A stretch of 64,000 nt of DNA from Candidatus Gorgyraea atricola (GCA_030765235.1 JAVCCW010000010.1:30907-94906); one strand, 5' to 3'. Shown: positions 1 through 9,786, counted from the stretch's first letter. Translations and numbers: made by a program. Notes: generated by a model not told the origin, from the letters alone.

Positions 1-300
1 AGTAGTCTTGTATCCGCTTTTCCACTCGCCAATATCTTCCTTTATAGCCTCTAGCCTTGACAGGACTTTCCTGGTCTCTATCTTGTTTTCATCAGCTGTG
101 TTCTCTAAAGCTATGTAAAGCTTTTTTAAGTCTTTCTCCATCTCTTTAAATTTATCTATGGCAAACCTGGTCCGGCTATCGAGATAAGCTGTTTTTTCTT
201 TATAGTCAGTATAAACAAAATAGCCCGCGACATAACCAGCGCCTATTGAGAAAAAGATCACCATTGTTAATAATCCACTCGCTAACTTTGCATTCTTCAT
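1..300 (-). CDS. Partial hypothetical protein, N-terminal membrane anchor plus coiled coil (runs off window)
   Basis: ATG at 300 after GAGGGTAGG; MKNAKLASGLLTMVIFFSIGAGYVAGYFVY.. open to position 1. Confidence 0.75.
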   Translation of the reverse strand, partial: MKNAKLASGLLTMVIFFSIGAGYVAGYFVYTDYKEKTAYLDSRTRFAIDKFKEMEKDLKKLYIALENTADENKIETRKVLSRLEAIKEDIGEWKSGYKTT

Positions 301-374
301 ATACCTACCCTCTATTTAATGTATTATAATATATTAACAGCTATTATTCAAGCAAATCTATAGAATGACCTCGT

Positions 375-1004
375 CTAACGGCTGTTTGACCATTTTTTGA
401 TGAGATCCTTTATGGCCTCTTCTATGCGGAAGAATTCTTTGCGGGCTATCCATTCTTTTTTAAATATGCTGGCGCCGATGGCAACTGCTGATACGCCGCT
501 GTCAAAGAATGATTTAATGGTATTGGGGGTTACCCCGCCGCACGCGAGAAGCTTGATATTCTTGAAAGGCGCTTTTATCTCCTTAAAATAACCAGGTCCA
601 AAGAATTTAGCTGGGAATACCTTTACCATTGTAGCGCCTGCGCGATGGGCATTGTATATCTCCTGCGGCGTAAATGCGCCAGGAAATACAGGGATCTTGT
701 GCTTTACGCAATATTCTACGACATCCTTTACCAGCGTCGGTAAAACTATAAATGTCGCGCCGGCATCCAGGGCCTTATGCAGCTCTCTCATAGTAAGTAC
801 TGTACCTGCGCCTATTGTTAGACGCTTGCCAGCCACCTTCTTCATGCGCTGGATCGATTTAGGCGCATTGGTTGTATTCATCGTGATCTCGACTGTCTTA
901 AGACCGGAAGAGATTATAGTTTTAGTAAGAGGCTTTATCGCATCTAGCTTCACATCCCGCAATATCCCCATGATCGGAAGTTTTTTAAACTTAGTTACGT
1001 TCAT
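375..1004 (-). CDS. eda: KDPG/KHG aldolase
   Basis: EIT, IGAGTV, PGAFTPQEI, VKVFPA, CGGV motifs. Confidence 0.9.
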   Translation of the reverse strand: MNVTKFKKLPIMGILRDVKLDAIKPLTKTIISSGLKTVEITMNTTNAPKSIQRMKKVAGKRLTIGAGTVLTMRELHKALDAGATFIVLPTLVKDVVEYCVKHKIPVFPGAFTPQEIYNAHRAGATMVKVFPAKFFGPGYFKEIKAPFKNIKLLACGGVTPNTIKSFFDSGVSAVAIGASIFKKEWIARKEFFRIEEAIKDLIKKWSNSR

Positions 1005-1007
1005 AAT

Positions 1008-1952
1008 TTATTCCACAATGGTTAGGCTTTCGTAAAATTCGCGATAATTCTCTTTTTTCTCACTCTTGCGCAATGCCATGGCTGCCTTTGGGTGTTCATT
1101 CATCATGCCGGATATGGCATAAGGAATTATGTAGCCCCATTCGATTTTCTTTCTTAGGGGGATAAACTCGTTTGATATCAGATCTAGTATAGGTCGTATA
1201 TCAAACTTTGGATTCTTCAGAAACCCCATCAATAGCTCTAACGGGCAGTTTCCTGCTGCTCGGCCAATACCATATACAGTGCCGTCCAGATAATTCGCGT
1301 CATGGATGATCGCCTCGATTGTATTGCCAAATGCCAACTGCTGGTGGTTATGCCCATGGAACCCTACTTCTCTTGTCTTGAGAATAGATCTGGCCTTTTT
1401 AACTAAATGCTCTACTGGCTCCTGGTACAATGCCCCGAAACTATCCACGATATAGACGACATCGACCTTGCTCTCTTTTTCTATCTGGTGAAGCGCTTCA
1501 TCCAGCTCTGGCCCCTGGTCCCTTGAAATAGCCATGATATTAATGGTGGTCTCGTAGCCCTTTTCAGCAAAATCATTCACCATGCATATGGCCTTGTCTA
1601 TATCCTTTACGTAAGAAGCGACCCTCATCATATCCACAGGGCTCTCGGATTTAGGTTTTACAGCTTCCATATCCACGCGGCCAACATCAGTCATCACGGA
1701 GATCTTTGTCCTTGACTCTATACCATCTATTATCTTACGTATCTCATCGTCCTCGCAAAATTTCCACAAGCCATATTCCTTGGATGAAAAGAACTTTTTG
1801 GAATTTTTATAGCCCATCTCCATATAATCCACGCCTGATGCTGAAATAGCCTTATACACCTCGCGGACAAACCTCTGGTCAAACTGGTGATTATTAATAA
1901 GTCCGCCATCCCGAATCGTACAATCCAACACCCTTATCTTCTCTCTATACAT
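1008..1952 (-). CDS. DRE-TIM/HMGL-like aldolase (4-hydroxy-2-oxovalerate aldolase-like)
   Basis: LDCTIRDGG, VDSFG, FHGHN, GIGRAAGN. Confidence 0.85.
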   Translation of the reverse strand: MYREKIRVLDCTIRDGGLINNHQFDQRFVREVYKAISASGVDYMEMGYKNSKKFFSSKEYGLWKFCEDDEIRKIIDGIESRTKISVMTDVGRVDMEAVKPKSESPVDMMRVASYVKDIDKAICMVNDFAEKGYETTINIMAISRDQGPELDEALHQIEKESKVDVVYIVDSFGALYQEPVEHLVKKARSILKTREVGFHGHNHQQLAFGNTIEAIIHDANYLDGTVYGIGRAAGNCPLELLMGFLKNPKFDIRPILDLISNEFIPLRKKIEWGYIIPYAISGMMNEHPKAAMALRKSEKKENYREFYESLTIVE

Positions 1953-1996
1953 CTCTATCTCCTTCTTGTTAACTTTGCCGTTCTGTCAAAAAATAT

Positions 1997-2053
1997 ACCA
2001 CAGAGTGCATAGAGATTTTTTTAAATTATAATTTTCTCTGTGTCCTCTGTGGT
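1997..2053. repeat. REP-like palindrome, ACCACAGAG..CTCTGTGGT type, copy 1
   Basis: Imperfect inverted repeat around an AT-rich core; sister copy at 6758-6819. Confidence 0.8.
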
Positions 2054-2072
2054 TTGTTTTTGTGGTTTCTTT

Positions 2073-3053
2073 TTAGGGTAATAAAACTACTTTTAGAGAT
2101 TCTTGGGCATCTGAAAGGATCTTAAAGCCCTTTTGAATCTCGTCTAATGGTAGTTTATGCGTTATCATACCTTTTGCATCTATTTTTTTGCTCTTAATTA
2201 AATCCAGGGCCTCTTTTAAATCACGCGGCGCTGCTCCATAGGATGAAGCCAGGGTTATCTCATTCCTCCAGAAAACCGCGGTCGGTACCTGAATATCCTT
2301 ATCAGGTATTGCGAAAAGCAGTATCGCGCCTTTTCTATCTACAGAGTTAAAAGCCTGTTCAATTGCCTGATACGCGCCAGCACAAACAATAACTCTATCT
2401 GCCTTTACGTTTAGTTTTTCTTCTTTTACATCTACGACAATATCCGCGCCAAACTCTTTTGCCTTCTTCAATCTGTATTTATTTATATCTGTTGCAATAA
2501 CCTTTGCGCCCTTTGATTTAGCCAGCCAGATGTTCAGGAGTCCAGAAACGCCACTTCCTAAAACCAGCACTATCTGACCCTTCTTGACTCCAATAACGCG
2601 CTGACCTCGTACAGCACAGGCCAGTGGCTCTATCATCGTGCCTTCTTCGCAACTAACGCCTTCCGGCAATACATACGTGCCTCTTTCAACGTTTTCCTTT
2701 GGTACCCTGATGAATTCGCTGTAGCCGCCAGGCTCATAATTGCCTTTGTGCAATGTCTCGCATGCAGTATGATTATCATCTGCGCAATATTTACATCTAT
2801 TACAAGGCACATGGTGACTTACAAAAACTCTCTGTCCTGCTTTATATTTTTTTGAATTTGACTCGACGATCTCACCAGCTATCTCATGGCCTAAAATACG
2901 CGGCGCCTTTTTAATCCTATACCACTCCATGGCATCTGTACCGCAAATCCCAGACGCCATCACCCTGACCAGGATCTCGCCTTGTTTGATCTGAGGCCTA
3001 TCTCTTTCCTCTATCCTGATATCGCTATTGTTATAATAAACCGCTACTTTCAC
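2073..3053 (-). CDS. Zn-dependent alcohol/polyol dehydrogenase (MDR family)
   Basis: GICGTD, GHE, CxxCxxC..C structural Zn site, GSGVSG. Confidence 0.9.
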   Translation of the reverse strand: MKVAVYYNNSDIRIEERDRPQIKQGEILVRVMASGICGTDAMEWYRIKKAPRILGHEIAGEIVESNSKKYKAGQRVFVSHHVPCNRCKYCADDNHTACETLHKGNYEPGGYSEFIRVPKENVERGTYVLPEGVSCEEGTMIEPLACAVRGQRVIGVKKGQIVLVLGSGVSGLLNIWLAKSKGAKVIATDINKYRLKKAKEFGADIVVDVKEEKLNVKADRVIVCAGAYQAIEQAFNSVDRKGAILLFAIPDKDIQVPTAVFWRNEITLASSYGAAPRDLKEALDLIKSKKIDAKGMITHKLPLDEIQKGFKILSDAQESLKVVLLP

Positions 3054-3829
3054 TTTTTCTTATATATTTTAAATGCCTCTTTGACAGACGCATTTTCATG
3101 CACGATCGCTCGAACAGCCTTTATCATGCCGATTGGATTATCTGACTGAAATATGTTCCTTCCCATGTCCACACCTACTGCTCCGGAGCTTATCGCGTTC
3201 TTGGCCATCTGGAGCGCCTTTTTCTCTTCTATCTTTTTTCCTCCTGCTATTATAACAGGTACATTGCCGCACGCCTTTACGACCTTATCAAATCCAGGCT
3301 CGCAATAATATGTCTTTACTATATGCGCGCCTATCTCTACGCAGATCCTTGAGGCTAGGGCCAGATACCTGGAATCCCTTACCAGGGCCTTGCCAACAGC
3401 TGTTACAGCCAAAACAGGGATACCATAACCCGCGCCTTCATTGATAATCTTTGAAAGATTGCCAATAGTCTCTTTCTCATGCTCTCCTCCTATAAAAGCA
3501 GAGCATGTGATTGCCGAAGCATTTATCCTGATCGCATCTTCAATCGAAGTAGTGATTATCTCGTTCGATAGCTCCTTCAATATACTCTGCCCACCTGAAA
3601 CCCTGAGCACAATTGGCAGGTCCACTGATGAGGAGATCCAATTTCTTAAAGCGCCTCTAGTGATCATTAGGGCCTCTGCATAAGGCAATAAAGGACTGAC
3701 TGTCTTGCCTAAATCCTGCAACCCCGTAGTAGGTCCCTGAAAATAACCATGATCAACTGCCAGCATAACACATCGTTTTGTCTTTGGATTAATTATCCTT
3801 GAAAGCCTGTTCTCCATACCCCATTCCAT
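3050..3829 (-). CDS. lsrF: LsrF-type class I aldolase/thiolase
   Basis: MEWGMENRLSRI, AVDHGYFQGPT, IVKTYY, AGGKK, DMGRNIFQ. Confidence 0.85.
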   Translation of the reverse strand: MEWGMENRLSRIINPKTKRCVMLAVDHGYFQGPTTGLQDLGKTVSPLLPYAEALMITRGALRNWISSSVDLPIVLRVSGGQSILKELSNEIITTSIEDAIRINASAITCSAFIGGEHEKETIGNLSKIINEGAGYGIPVLAVTAVGKALVRDSRYLALASRICVEIGAHIVKTYYCEPGFDKVVKACGNVPVIIAGGKKIEEKKALQMAKNAISSGAVGVDMGRNIFQSDNPIGMIKAVRAIVHENASVKEAFKIYKKK

Positions 3830-3890
3830 ACCATACCTCCCCTATGTGCTATATAGCTCAATAATAGGATATATATTATACCTTAAATTA

Positions 3891-4397
3891 TTATCGCTTG
3901 TAAAGTCCGATTAGTTCTGCTTGGGTAAGAATGTGGCCTTGCATTGCCTTTTCAAGATCTCTCTTTCTGGCGTTATCTCGCAGATCGATCTCAGTATCCA
4001 ATGCATACAGCTTGAAGAAGTAGCGGTGTACACCTGAGGGTGGACACGGACCTCCGTAATTTTTTCTACCAAAGTCATTCATGGCCTCTTGCCCTGGGAT
4101 GCTGTTCTCTTCTATGCTGGAGACAACTGGTATGTTGTACACGACCCAGTGCACCCATGTGCCCATTGGCGCGTCTGGATCATCTACTATCAATGCAAGC
4201 GTCTTTGCCTCCCCAGGAACACCCTCAATGACTAGCAAAGGGTTGATGTCTTCGCCCTGACAGGTAAATCTCTTTGGTATAAAACTATTATTTTCAAACT
4301 CAGGGCTGGTAATCTTCATGTCTATAGCCTCCTCTGCTCCACAAGGAGCCATAAATATAAAAATGCCTATAAAAAATACGAAAAGAATTTTATTCAT
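3891..4397 (-). CDS. YbhB/YbcL (PEBP, Raf kinase inhibitor-like) protein with signal peptide
   Basis: DDPDAP, WVHWVVYNIP, YGGPCPP, HRYFF; start set at MNKIL. Confidence 0.9.
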   Translation of the reverse strand: MNKILFVFFIGIFIFMAPCGAEEAIDMKITSPEFENNSFIPKRFTCQGEDINPLLVIEGVPGEAKTLALIVDDPDAPMGTWVHWVVYNIPVVSSIEENSIPGQEAMNDFGRKNYGGPCPPSGVHRYFFKLYALDTEIDLRDNARKRDLEKAMQGHILTQAELIGLYKR

Positions 4398-5670
4398 TAG
4401 GCGCAGATAGTATGTCAAATATCGTCTTTATGATAGCTTGAGCTGGCTCTACTTCCTGTTGTCTTTGTTCACTCCCTTCAGATCCTGCTTCTGTTTCCTG
4501 TTGAGGGTCTTCTTTTCTAAAAATAGCCTTTAGTAATTCCTGGCCAGTTGAAACAGCAAGCTTTTCTATTACATAATCAATATCAGGCTTTATCGACATA
4601 TCACCAAGACTACCTCCGACATGAACAGGCATTGTTATCAGGCCTTGTGAATTCTGCAAATAGCTTAGCTCATAAACTGCGTCAACGCATGCCTCTGAAA
4701 GATCTTTAGGTATAAACAGTTCTGAATCCATATCAAGCCTTCCCCTGAGATCCAGATAACCGCTAGCCACTAGATAAAAAACATCTGACTCAATAGTAGT
4801 CTTCTTAAGAAATACCTTCCCATCCTTCATATCAAGATACCCTTTAATAGGCCTAAAAGAGGTATGATTGTCTTTTAAGAGCCCGCTGTAGTGTTCTGGC
4901 AGCTTGTTTTTTAACTTATACACAAGCCCGGGTAATATATTCTCGAGTCTTTCAAAAGCAACCACTAAAAGATTCATGTTCTTAAGCGCTGCCTTGTCCA
5001 GCTTTATACTGGCCCTGGCTGAAAGCGTATCAAGTAGCTTACGCACATCCAATCCTCTTGCTGAAAGATCCGCGTCTATTTCGAGCATACCTTCAAAGCG
5101 CGGAGCGCCTGGCCCAACATCTGGCAGAAACATGGAAACATCCATGCCCTGCAGCATGATCTCCATATCTGAATCCTGACTAGAAGACAAATTCCTTACA
5201 ATACCTTTGATAAAAAAAGCTCCTCCAGCAATAGACCCGGTAAGGCGGTTTATAATCAGGTTTTCTTCTGATATCTTTGCCCTTAATTCAACATCCTTAA
5301 AGCTATCCTTCAAGGGAAATCTATTCCCAAATTGCACATCAAGGACCTTGATAAACAGCCTATCTATCTGCAGCTTCCTCTTGATAAGCGGCAATATCCT
5401 TATGCGCGCCTCTATAGACACTGCCTCCATCATCGCATTAGACCAGGTCTTTTCTCTATCCTTTACAGAAATCTCATCTACCATAAGCGCCAGGCCTGGA
5501 AAAAAACTCAATGACACATCGTCTATCCTGACATCTTTATCTATCATCTCTTCTATTTTTTCTACTAAGATTCCTTTGTATTCATTAGGGTCAAATGTCA
5601 ATAGATACACTAAAGCGCCCACAACAACAACTATAAAAAGCAATACCACTATTATGAAAAATATCTTCAT
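4390..5670 (-). CDS. AsmA family protein
   Basis: N-terminal TM then FDPNEYK, beta-rich body, C-terminal PVHVGGSL..IKPD. Confidence 0.75.
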   Translation of the reverse strand: MKIFFIIVVLLFIVVVVGALVYLLTFDPNEYKGILVEKIEEMIDKDVRIDDVSLSFFPGLALMVDEISVKDREKTWSNAMMEAVSIEARIRILPLIKRKLQIDRLFIKVLDVQFGNRFPLKDSFKDVELRAKISEENLIINRLTGSIAGGAFFIKGIVRNLSSSQDSDMEIMLQGMDVSMFLPDVGPGAPRFEGMLEIDADLSARGLDVRKLLDTLSARASIKLDKAALKNMNLLVVAFERLENILPGLVYKLKNKLPEHYSGLLKDNHTSFRPIKGYLDMKDGKVFLKKTTIESDVFYLVASGYLDLRGRLDMDSELFIPKDLSEACVDAVYELSYLQNSQGLITMPVHVGGSLGDMSIKPDIDYVIEKLAVSTGQELLKAIFRKEDPQQETEAGSEGSEQRQQEVEPAQAIIKTIFDILSAPNE

Positions 5671-5673
5671 GGA

Positions 5674-6735
5674 TTAACGTAACTCCTTCAGGCTCATTAA
5701 CAACTCGTTCTTTCTCTCTGAATAAGCAATGGCTGTTTCTTTTGTTATCCGCTTTTCCTTGTGTAGACATAGCAACACTTGATCAAATGTCTGCATGCCG
5801 TACAGGCTGCCATCCTTTATATAGTACTCTATCTCGTCTAGCTTACCTTCCCTGATCAGCTCCACTATAGTAGGTGTAGGGATAAGGACTTCAGTTGCAG
5901 GGACGCGACCCCCTTCGTCCTTTAAGGGAATCAGCCTTAAAGACAAAACGCCTTTTAGAAGCATTGATAACTGCATCCTTACTTCAGCATGCTGGTGCGG
6001 CTGGAAAAAATTAACTATCCTTTCTATGGTATGAACGCTGCTTATTGTATGTAGATTTGCTATCACCAGCTGCCCTGTCTCAGCAGCTGTCAGGGCAATT
6101 GACATAACCTGTGAGTTCCTTATGTCGCCTATAAAAATAACGTCGGGCGTCTGCAGCATGATGTATTCAAGCGCCTTCTGAAAACTCTCAGTATCTATGC
6201 CTATCTCTCTCTGAGTTATGATCGATTTTTTATCTTCATATATAAATTCTATTGGATCCTCAAGTGTAACTATATGCTTGGCCGTGGTCTTATTTATGTA
6301 TTCCAGCATGCTTGCTACTGTGGTAGACTTTCCACTGCCAGTAGTGCCAGTGATCAGTACCAATCCCCGCTTCTCACCACACAGACCCTCCAGTACCTTT
6401 GCTGGCAGATTTAGTTCTGCAAATGAAGGAATTTTTCCGCTGATCGCACGGATCACGACAACCGTAGACCCGCTCTGTTTAAAAATCGTTGCCCGGAATC
6501 TACCTACGTCATCCATACCAAAAGACACTACGCTCTCGTTTTGATCTTTAAAGACGCTTCTCTTGCTTCTGGTTATTATTTTATCCACTATATCATTTAA
6601 ATCCCTATCAGTAAGTATGTCTTTATCCTTAAATAACCCGCCATTGATCCTCATGCACACAGGACTGCCTGGTTTAAGAATAAGGTCTGACGCATTTTTT
6701 TCAAGCATCTCCTTTAATACATGAACAAGATTCAT
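5674..6735 (-). CDS. PilT/PilU family type IV pilus ATPase
   Basis: ASDL, GTTGSGKSTT, TLEDPIE, QREIG, GMQTFDQ; start MNLVH after GAGGGG. Confidence 0.9.
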   Translation of the reverse strand: MNLVHVLKEMLEKNASDLILKPGSPVCMRINGGLFKDKDILTDRDLNDIVDKIITRSKRSVFKDQNESVVSFGMDDVGRFRATIFKQSGSTVVVIRAISGKIPSFAELNLPAKVLEGLCGEKRGLVLITGTTGSGKSTTVASMLEYINKTTAKHIVTLEDPIEFIYEDKKSIITQREIGIDTESFQKALEYIMLQTPDVIFIGDIRNSQVMSIALTAAETGQLVIANLHTISSVHTIERIVNFFQPHQHAEVRMQLSMLLKGVLSLRLIPLKDEGGRVPATEVLIPTPTIVELIREGKLDEIEYYIKDGSLYGMQTFDQVLLCLHKEKRITKETAIAYSERKNELLMSLKELR

Positions 6736-6757
6736 TGAAACACCCCTCGTTAAAAAC

Positions 6758-6819
6758 AAACCACAGAGAACACAGAGATCTTTTTCAATTATAGTTTTCC
6801 TCTGTGCGCTCTGTGGTTT
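6758..6819. repeat. REP-like palindrome, ACCACAGAG..CTCTGTGGT type, copy 2
   Basis: AAACCACAGAGAACACAGAG ... CTCTGTGCGCTCTGTGGTTT. Confidence 0.8.
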
Positions 6820-6839
6820 CTTTTAAATCCTTTCATCAT

Positions 6840-6878
6840 AAAAAAGGCGCAACGGATTCTGTAAATCCGCTGCGCCTT
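6840..6878 (-). terminator. Intrinsic terminator of the outer-membrane barrel gene
   Basis: AAGGCGCA.CGGATT stem followed by a U-run on the minus strand. Confidence 0.8.
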
Positions 6879-6900
6879 AATACTATTCATCTTAACTTAC

Positions 6901-7698
6901 TTAAAACTTGTATGAAATTCCTACGTTCAATGCCTCTTCATCTATGAACCTGCCTTCGATATTGATCGATAGCTGTTCGCTCTGCGGTGTTGCCTCTATC
7001 TTAGGTGTAATAGTTAAGCCTACAAAACCACCCAGATTCCTATCAGAACCCTTGCCTTTGCTGTCACTATACTGCTGAGGAGCAATAGTGTAGTCACTGC
7101 CAAGCTCTACATCTGAAAACTTTAATCCTACGTAAGGAGCAAAGACACCATTCTTCCACGCAAGTTCAACAGCGCCCTGAATCTCTTCATAATCACTGTT
7201 GGTCACATTTGTTAGTTCCGTAGTCGTGTATACTCTCGAATCTACTGTTACATCGTTAACAGCCAGATCCGTCGTCCTATAGCTTGCATTCGCGCCTATC
7301 TCAAAACCGTTATCCCATCGATAGATTAATGCGCTAGCCCCTACGCCAATGATAGCCTCTGAATCATATTTAACGGTGTGCTTTTCTCCCAAGATCGTAT
7401 AATCCAATTCCATGTCTGATGCTTCACCGATATCAACGTAAAGATTAAATCTGTCAAGCATGCTCAAGCCTATCCTGGCCATCACTGCCTGCATTTCAAA
7501 GTCGCCGCTGTCAACATCTATTCTTCTTTCCTGTACAGCATCATAAACAACTCCAACACTCAAGCCGATATTGTTATCTGCCCATAATTCACCTTCTACC
7601 GCATCTGCCTCTGAGGTAAGGCCAACTGGAGCCGCACATACTGTTGCAGCGAAACCAACAACAAACAAAACAGCTAATAAATATTTTACCATCCTCAT
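6901..7698 (-). CDS. Outer-membrane beta-barrel protein, chlamydial MOMP/porin-like
   Basis: Signal peptide, APVG, LDRFNLY, DYEEIQ, FAPYVGLKFS, EGRFIDEEA, terminal YKF; strong AAGGAGG RBS. Confidence 0.7.
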   Translation of the reverse strand: MRMVKYLLAVLFVVGFAATVCAAPVGLTSEADAVEGELWADNNIGLSVGVVYDAVQERRIDVDSGDFEMQAVMARIGLSMLDRFNLYVDIGEASDMELDYTILGEKHTVKYDSEAIIGVGASALIYRWDNGFEIGANASYRTTDLAVNDVTVDSRVYTTTELTNVTNSDYEEIQGAVELAWKNGVFAPYVGLKFSDVELGSDYTIAPQQYSDSKGKGSDRNLGGFVGLTITPKIEATPQSEQLSINIEGRFIDEEALNVGISYKF

Positions 7699-7851
7699 TA
7701 TTTCCTCCTTGAAGTTAATAGATTACTTTATATATTTAACTTTTTTATTATTAGTTGCTTATTTATAGCTTATCCCATGAAGAATACTATTCCATCCCCC
7801 CTTTCTGTCTTGCATAAGATAATCAACGATAGCAATTATTAATTAAGTAGT

Positions 7852-7880
7852 AGTTTACACGGTGTTTTTAAATTAGTCAA
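7852..7880 (-). promoter_or_regulatory. Sigma-70 promoter of the barrel gene
   Basis: TTGACT-17 nt-TAAACT on the minus strand. Confidence 0.65.
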
Positions 7881-8565
7881 GGGCTATGTATAATTTCTCT
7901 TCTTTTGTCAAAAACCTCCACATGCCCTCTGACAGGTTACCTAAGGTCAACGCCCCTTCCTTTAGCCTCTTTAAGTGCTTAACTGAATAGCCTGTTTCCG
8001 CAAAGATCCTTCTTATCTGCCTCTTTCTGCCCTCATGAATGGTGATCTTAAGGGTCTTGCCTGGCCCCAGCTGAATCTTACACCCTGCAGTACGTCTTCC
8101 GTCTAAAGAAACACCTTCTTCCAGCCTCAGCTTATCCGGAACCACCAGCTTCCTGTTAAGTGTTACAACATATATCTTATCCACCTTAAACCTGGGATGC
8201 GTGAGTCGATTTATTACGCCCCCATCATTCGTTAAAAGCAACAACCCTGTTGTATCTTTATCCAGCCTGCCAACTGGATTTAAATACCTGAATCTGCGCG
8301 GCAAGAGATCCATCACTGTCTTTTCAGCGAATTTGTCCTTCTTGGTAGTTGTGACTCCTTTTGATTTATGCAATATGATGTAGATCTTTTCTTTTGGAAA
8401 AACCCTTTTATCATCAAAATAAACCTTGTCTTCTTCCGAGGTAACCCTGTGCGACGGTTCAAAGACTATACTATTATTAACGCGCACCCTGCCAGACTTT
8501 ATTATATCTACCGCAGACCTTCGAGACGCGACACCTGAGCTTGATAGAAAGACCTGCAAACGCAT
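7873..8565 (-). CDS. rRNA pseudouridine synthase (RluB/RsuA family)
   Basis: S4 domain (GVASRR), VGRLDKDTTGLLLLTNDG, EGRKRQIRR. Confidence 0.92.
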   Translation of the reverse strand: MRLQVFLSSSGVASRRSAVDIIKSGRVRVNNSIVFEPSHRVTSEEDKVYFDDKRVFPKEKIYIILHKSKGVTTTKKDKFAEKTVMDLLPRRFRYLNPVGRLDKDTTGLLLLTNDGGVINRLTHPRFKVDKIYVVTLNRKLVVPDKLRLEEGVSLDGRRTAGCKIQLGPGKTLKITIHEGRKRQIRRIFAETGYSVKHLKRLKEGALTLGNLSEGMWRFLTKEEKLYIALD

Positions 8566-8570
8566 ATCTC

Positions 8571-9644
8571 TTAAAATCCCCAGTTCAGGCTTGTATTAAA
8601 ACTAACGTCAGGGCTGGAGGCAGCGCTGATATTTTCAACAACCGCAAAATTCCACGACACGTCGGTCCTTTCCTTCCACCTATAATTAAAACCCAGGGCC
8701 CAGTCATGCGCGTCATTGTCCAGAGGATTTGTCTGGCTATATGAATAAGGCGTATTGTTGCCGGTCACCTGTGTGACAACAGAAAACCTCTCTGTAAAAA
8801 AATATTCCAGTGCCAGCATGTAAGAATAAAACTCCTGATCGATACCCAGCACTGAGAAAACATCGGGCTTTTCTATTCTCATGACACTGGCACCCGTGTA
8901 GACAAAAAGCCTGTCAAAGAATCTCTTATCTATTAAAATGCCAAAACCATAATCGAATTCGCCGCTCCCGATCAAATCATCCTCATCAGCTGTTGGAAAC
9001 TTGATCGCTGAGCGCACTGATATATTTGGAAAGAGCCAATGCCACTCGCTTTCCCTTAGCAGCTGATATTTAGCAGTTAGCACGACATCACCCAGGCCAT
9101 GCGTAGAAGTCTTTTGTTGTATGAGGTAGTTGCCGGGACCATACTTGAAACTGTAATCGAATTCGTACGACCCTTGACGCTCTCTTGAGCGAGGCGTCCT
9201 TGCTCCAATTCCATCCTCAAAGCCTTCTATAGCATTATCCAGATATCCACTGCACAGGCCTATATAAGGAACCTCTAATCCGATTTCCAGATTATCGTAA
9301 ACACCATACCTGAAATCAAGCGTGATCCTCTGGACCTCTAAGTCGATCTGGATGTCATAAAAAGATGAGATCGGCGTAAACGCGCTTACAGTGATGTTTG
9401 AAACAGTATAATCCGCATCTATTACAAATCTATTTCTCTCTACAACGCTTGCCTTGTCCGGCACCATCTGTAAATAGAAAAGATATAGCGGCATTTGATT
9501 TCGTATGGCTACCGGGCCGATCCCTGATACCTGATAAGATTCCTCATCTTCTTCTGGTTCATATAAATATGCAAAAGCACTGTCCAAAGACAAAAAACAA
9601 CTGACAAAAAACAACACCACGATAGCTGCCAAAAATACCTTCAT
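8571..9644 (-). CDS. Exported/outer-membrane protein, DUF3187-like
   Basis: Start reassigned to MKVFLAA (GGAGG RBS, signal peptide); GPVAIRNQMP, LDNAIEGFED, GLGDV, terminal WGF. Confidence 0.65.
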   Translation of the reverse strand: MKVFLAAIVVLFFVSCFLSLDSAFAYLYEPEEDEESYQVSGIGPVAIRNQMPLYLFYLQMVPDKASVVERNRFVIDADYTVSNITVSAFTPISSFYDIQIDLEVQRITLDFRYGVYDNLEIGLEVPYIGLCSGYLDNAIEGFEDGIGARTPRSRERQGSYEFDYSFKYGPGNYLIQQKTSTHGLGDVVLTAKYQLLRESEWHWLFPNISVRSAIKFPTADEDDLIGSGEFDYGFGILIDKRFFDRLFVYTGASVMRIEKPDVFSVLGIDQEFYSYMLALEYFFTERFSVVTQVTGNNTPYSYSQTNPLDNDAHDWALGFNYRWKERTDVSWNFAVVENISAASSPDVSFNTSLNWGF

Positions 9645-9661
9645 CCATAACCTCCGCGATC

Positions 9662-9690
9662 TTGAAAATGGTCTAATTATATGGTATACT
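9662..9690 (+). promoter_or_regulatory. Sigma-70 promoter driving the riboswitch RNA
   Basis: TTGAAA-17 nt-TATACT with extended -10 TG; start site about 9697. Confidence 0.75.
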
Positions 9691-9697
9691 TGTATTA

Positions 9698-9786
9698 GCC
9701 GATAAGGGCAAACCCTAGAGAAATCAGGGGGCGCAAAGCCAACAGGCCTAAGTCCTTTAAACGGATATGGCGGCTGGGTTGCCAAG
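9698..9786 (+). ncRNA. c-di-GMP-I (GEMM) riboswitch, antisense to flanking genes
   Basis: AAGGGCAAACC, GAAA-capped P2, GCGCAAAGCC, tetraloop receptor CCTAAG/TATGG, GGGTTGCC. Confidence 0.88.

Noticed and set aside
9645-9785. N-terminal extension of the 404-aa ORF
   Set aside because: It is the antisense of the riboswitch and promoter; the RBS and signal peptide support the start at 9644
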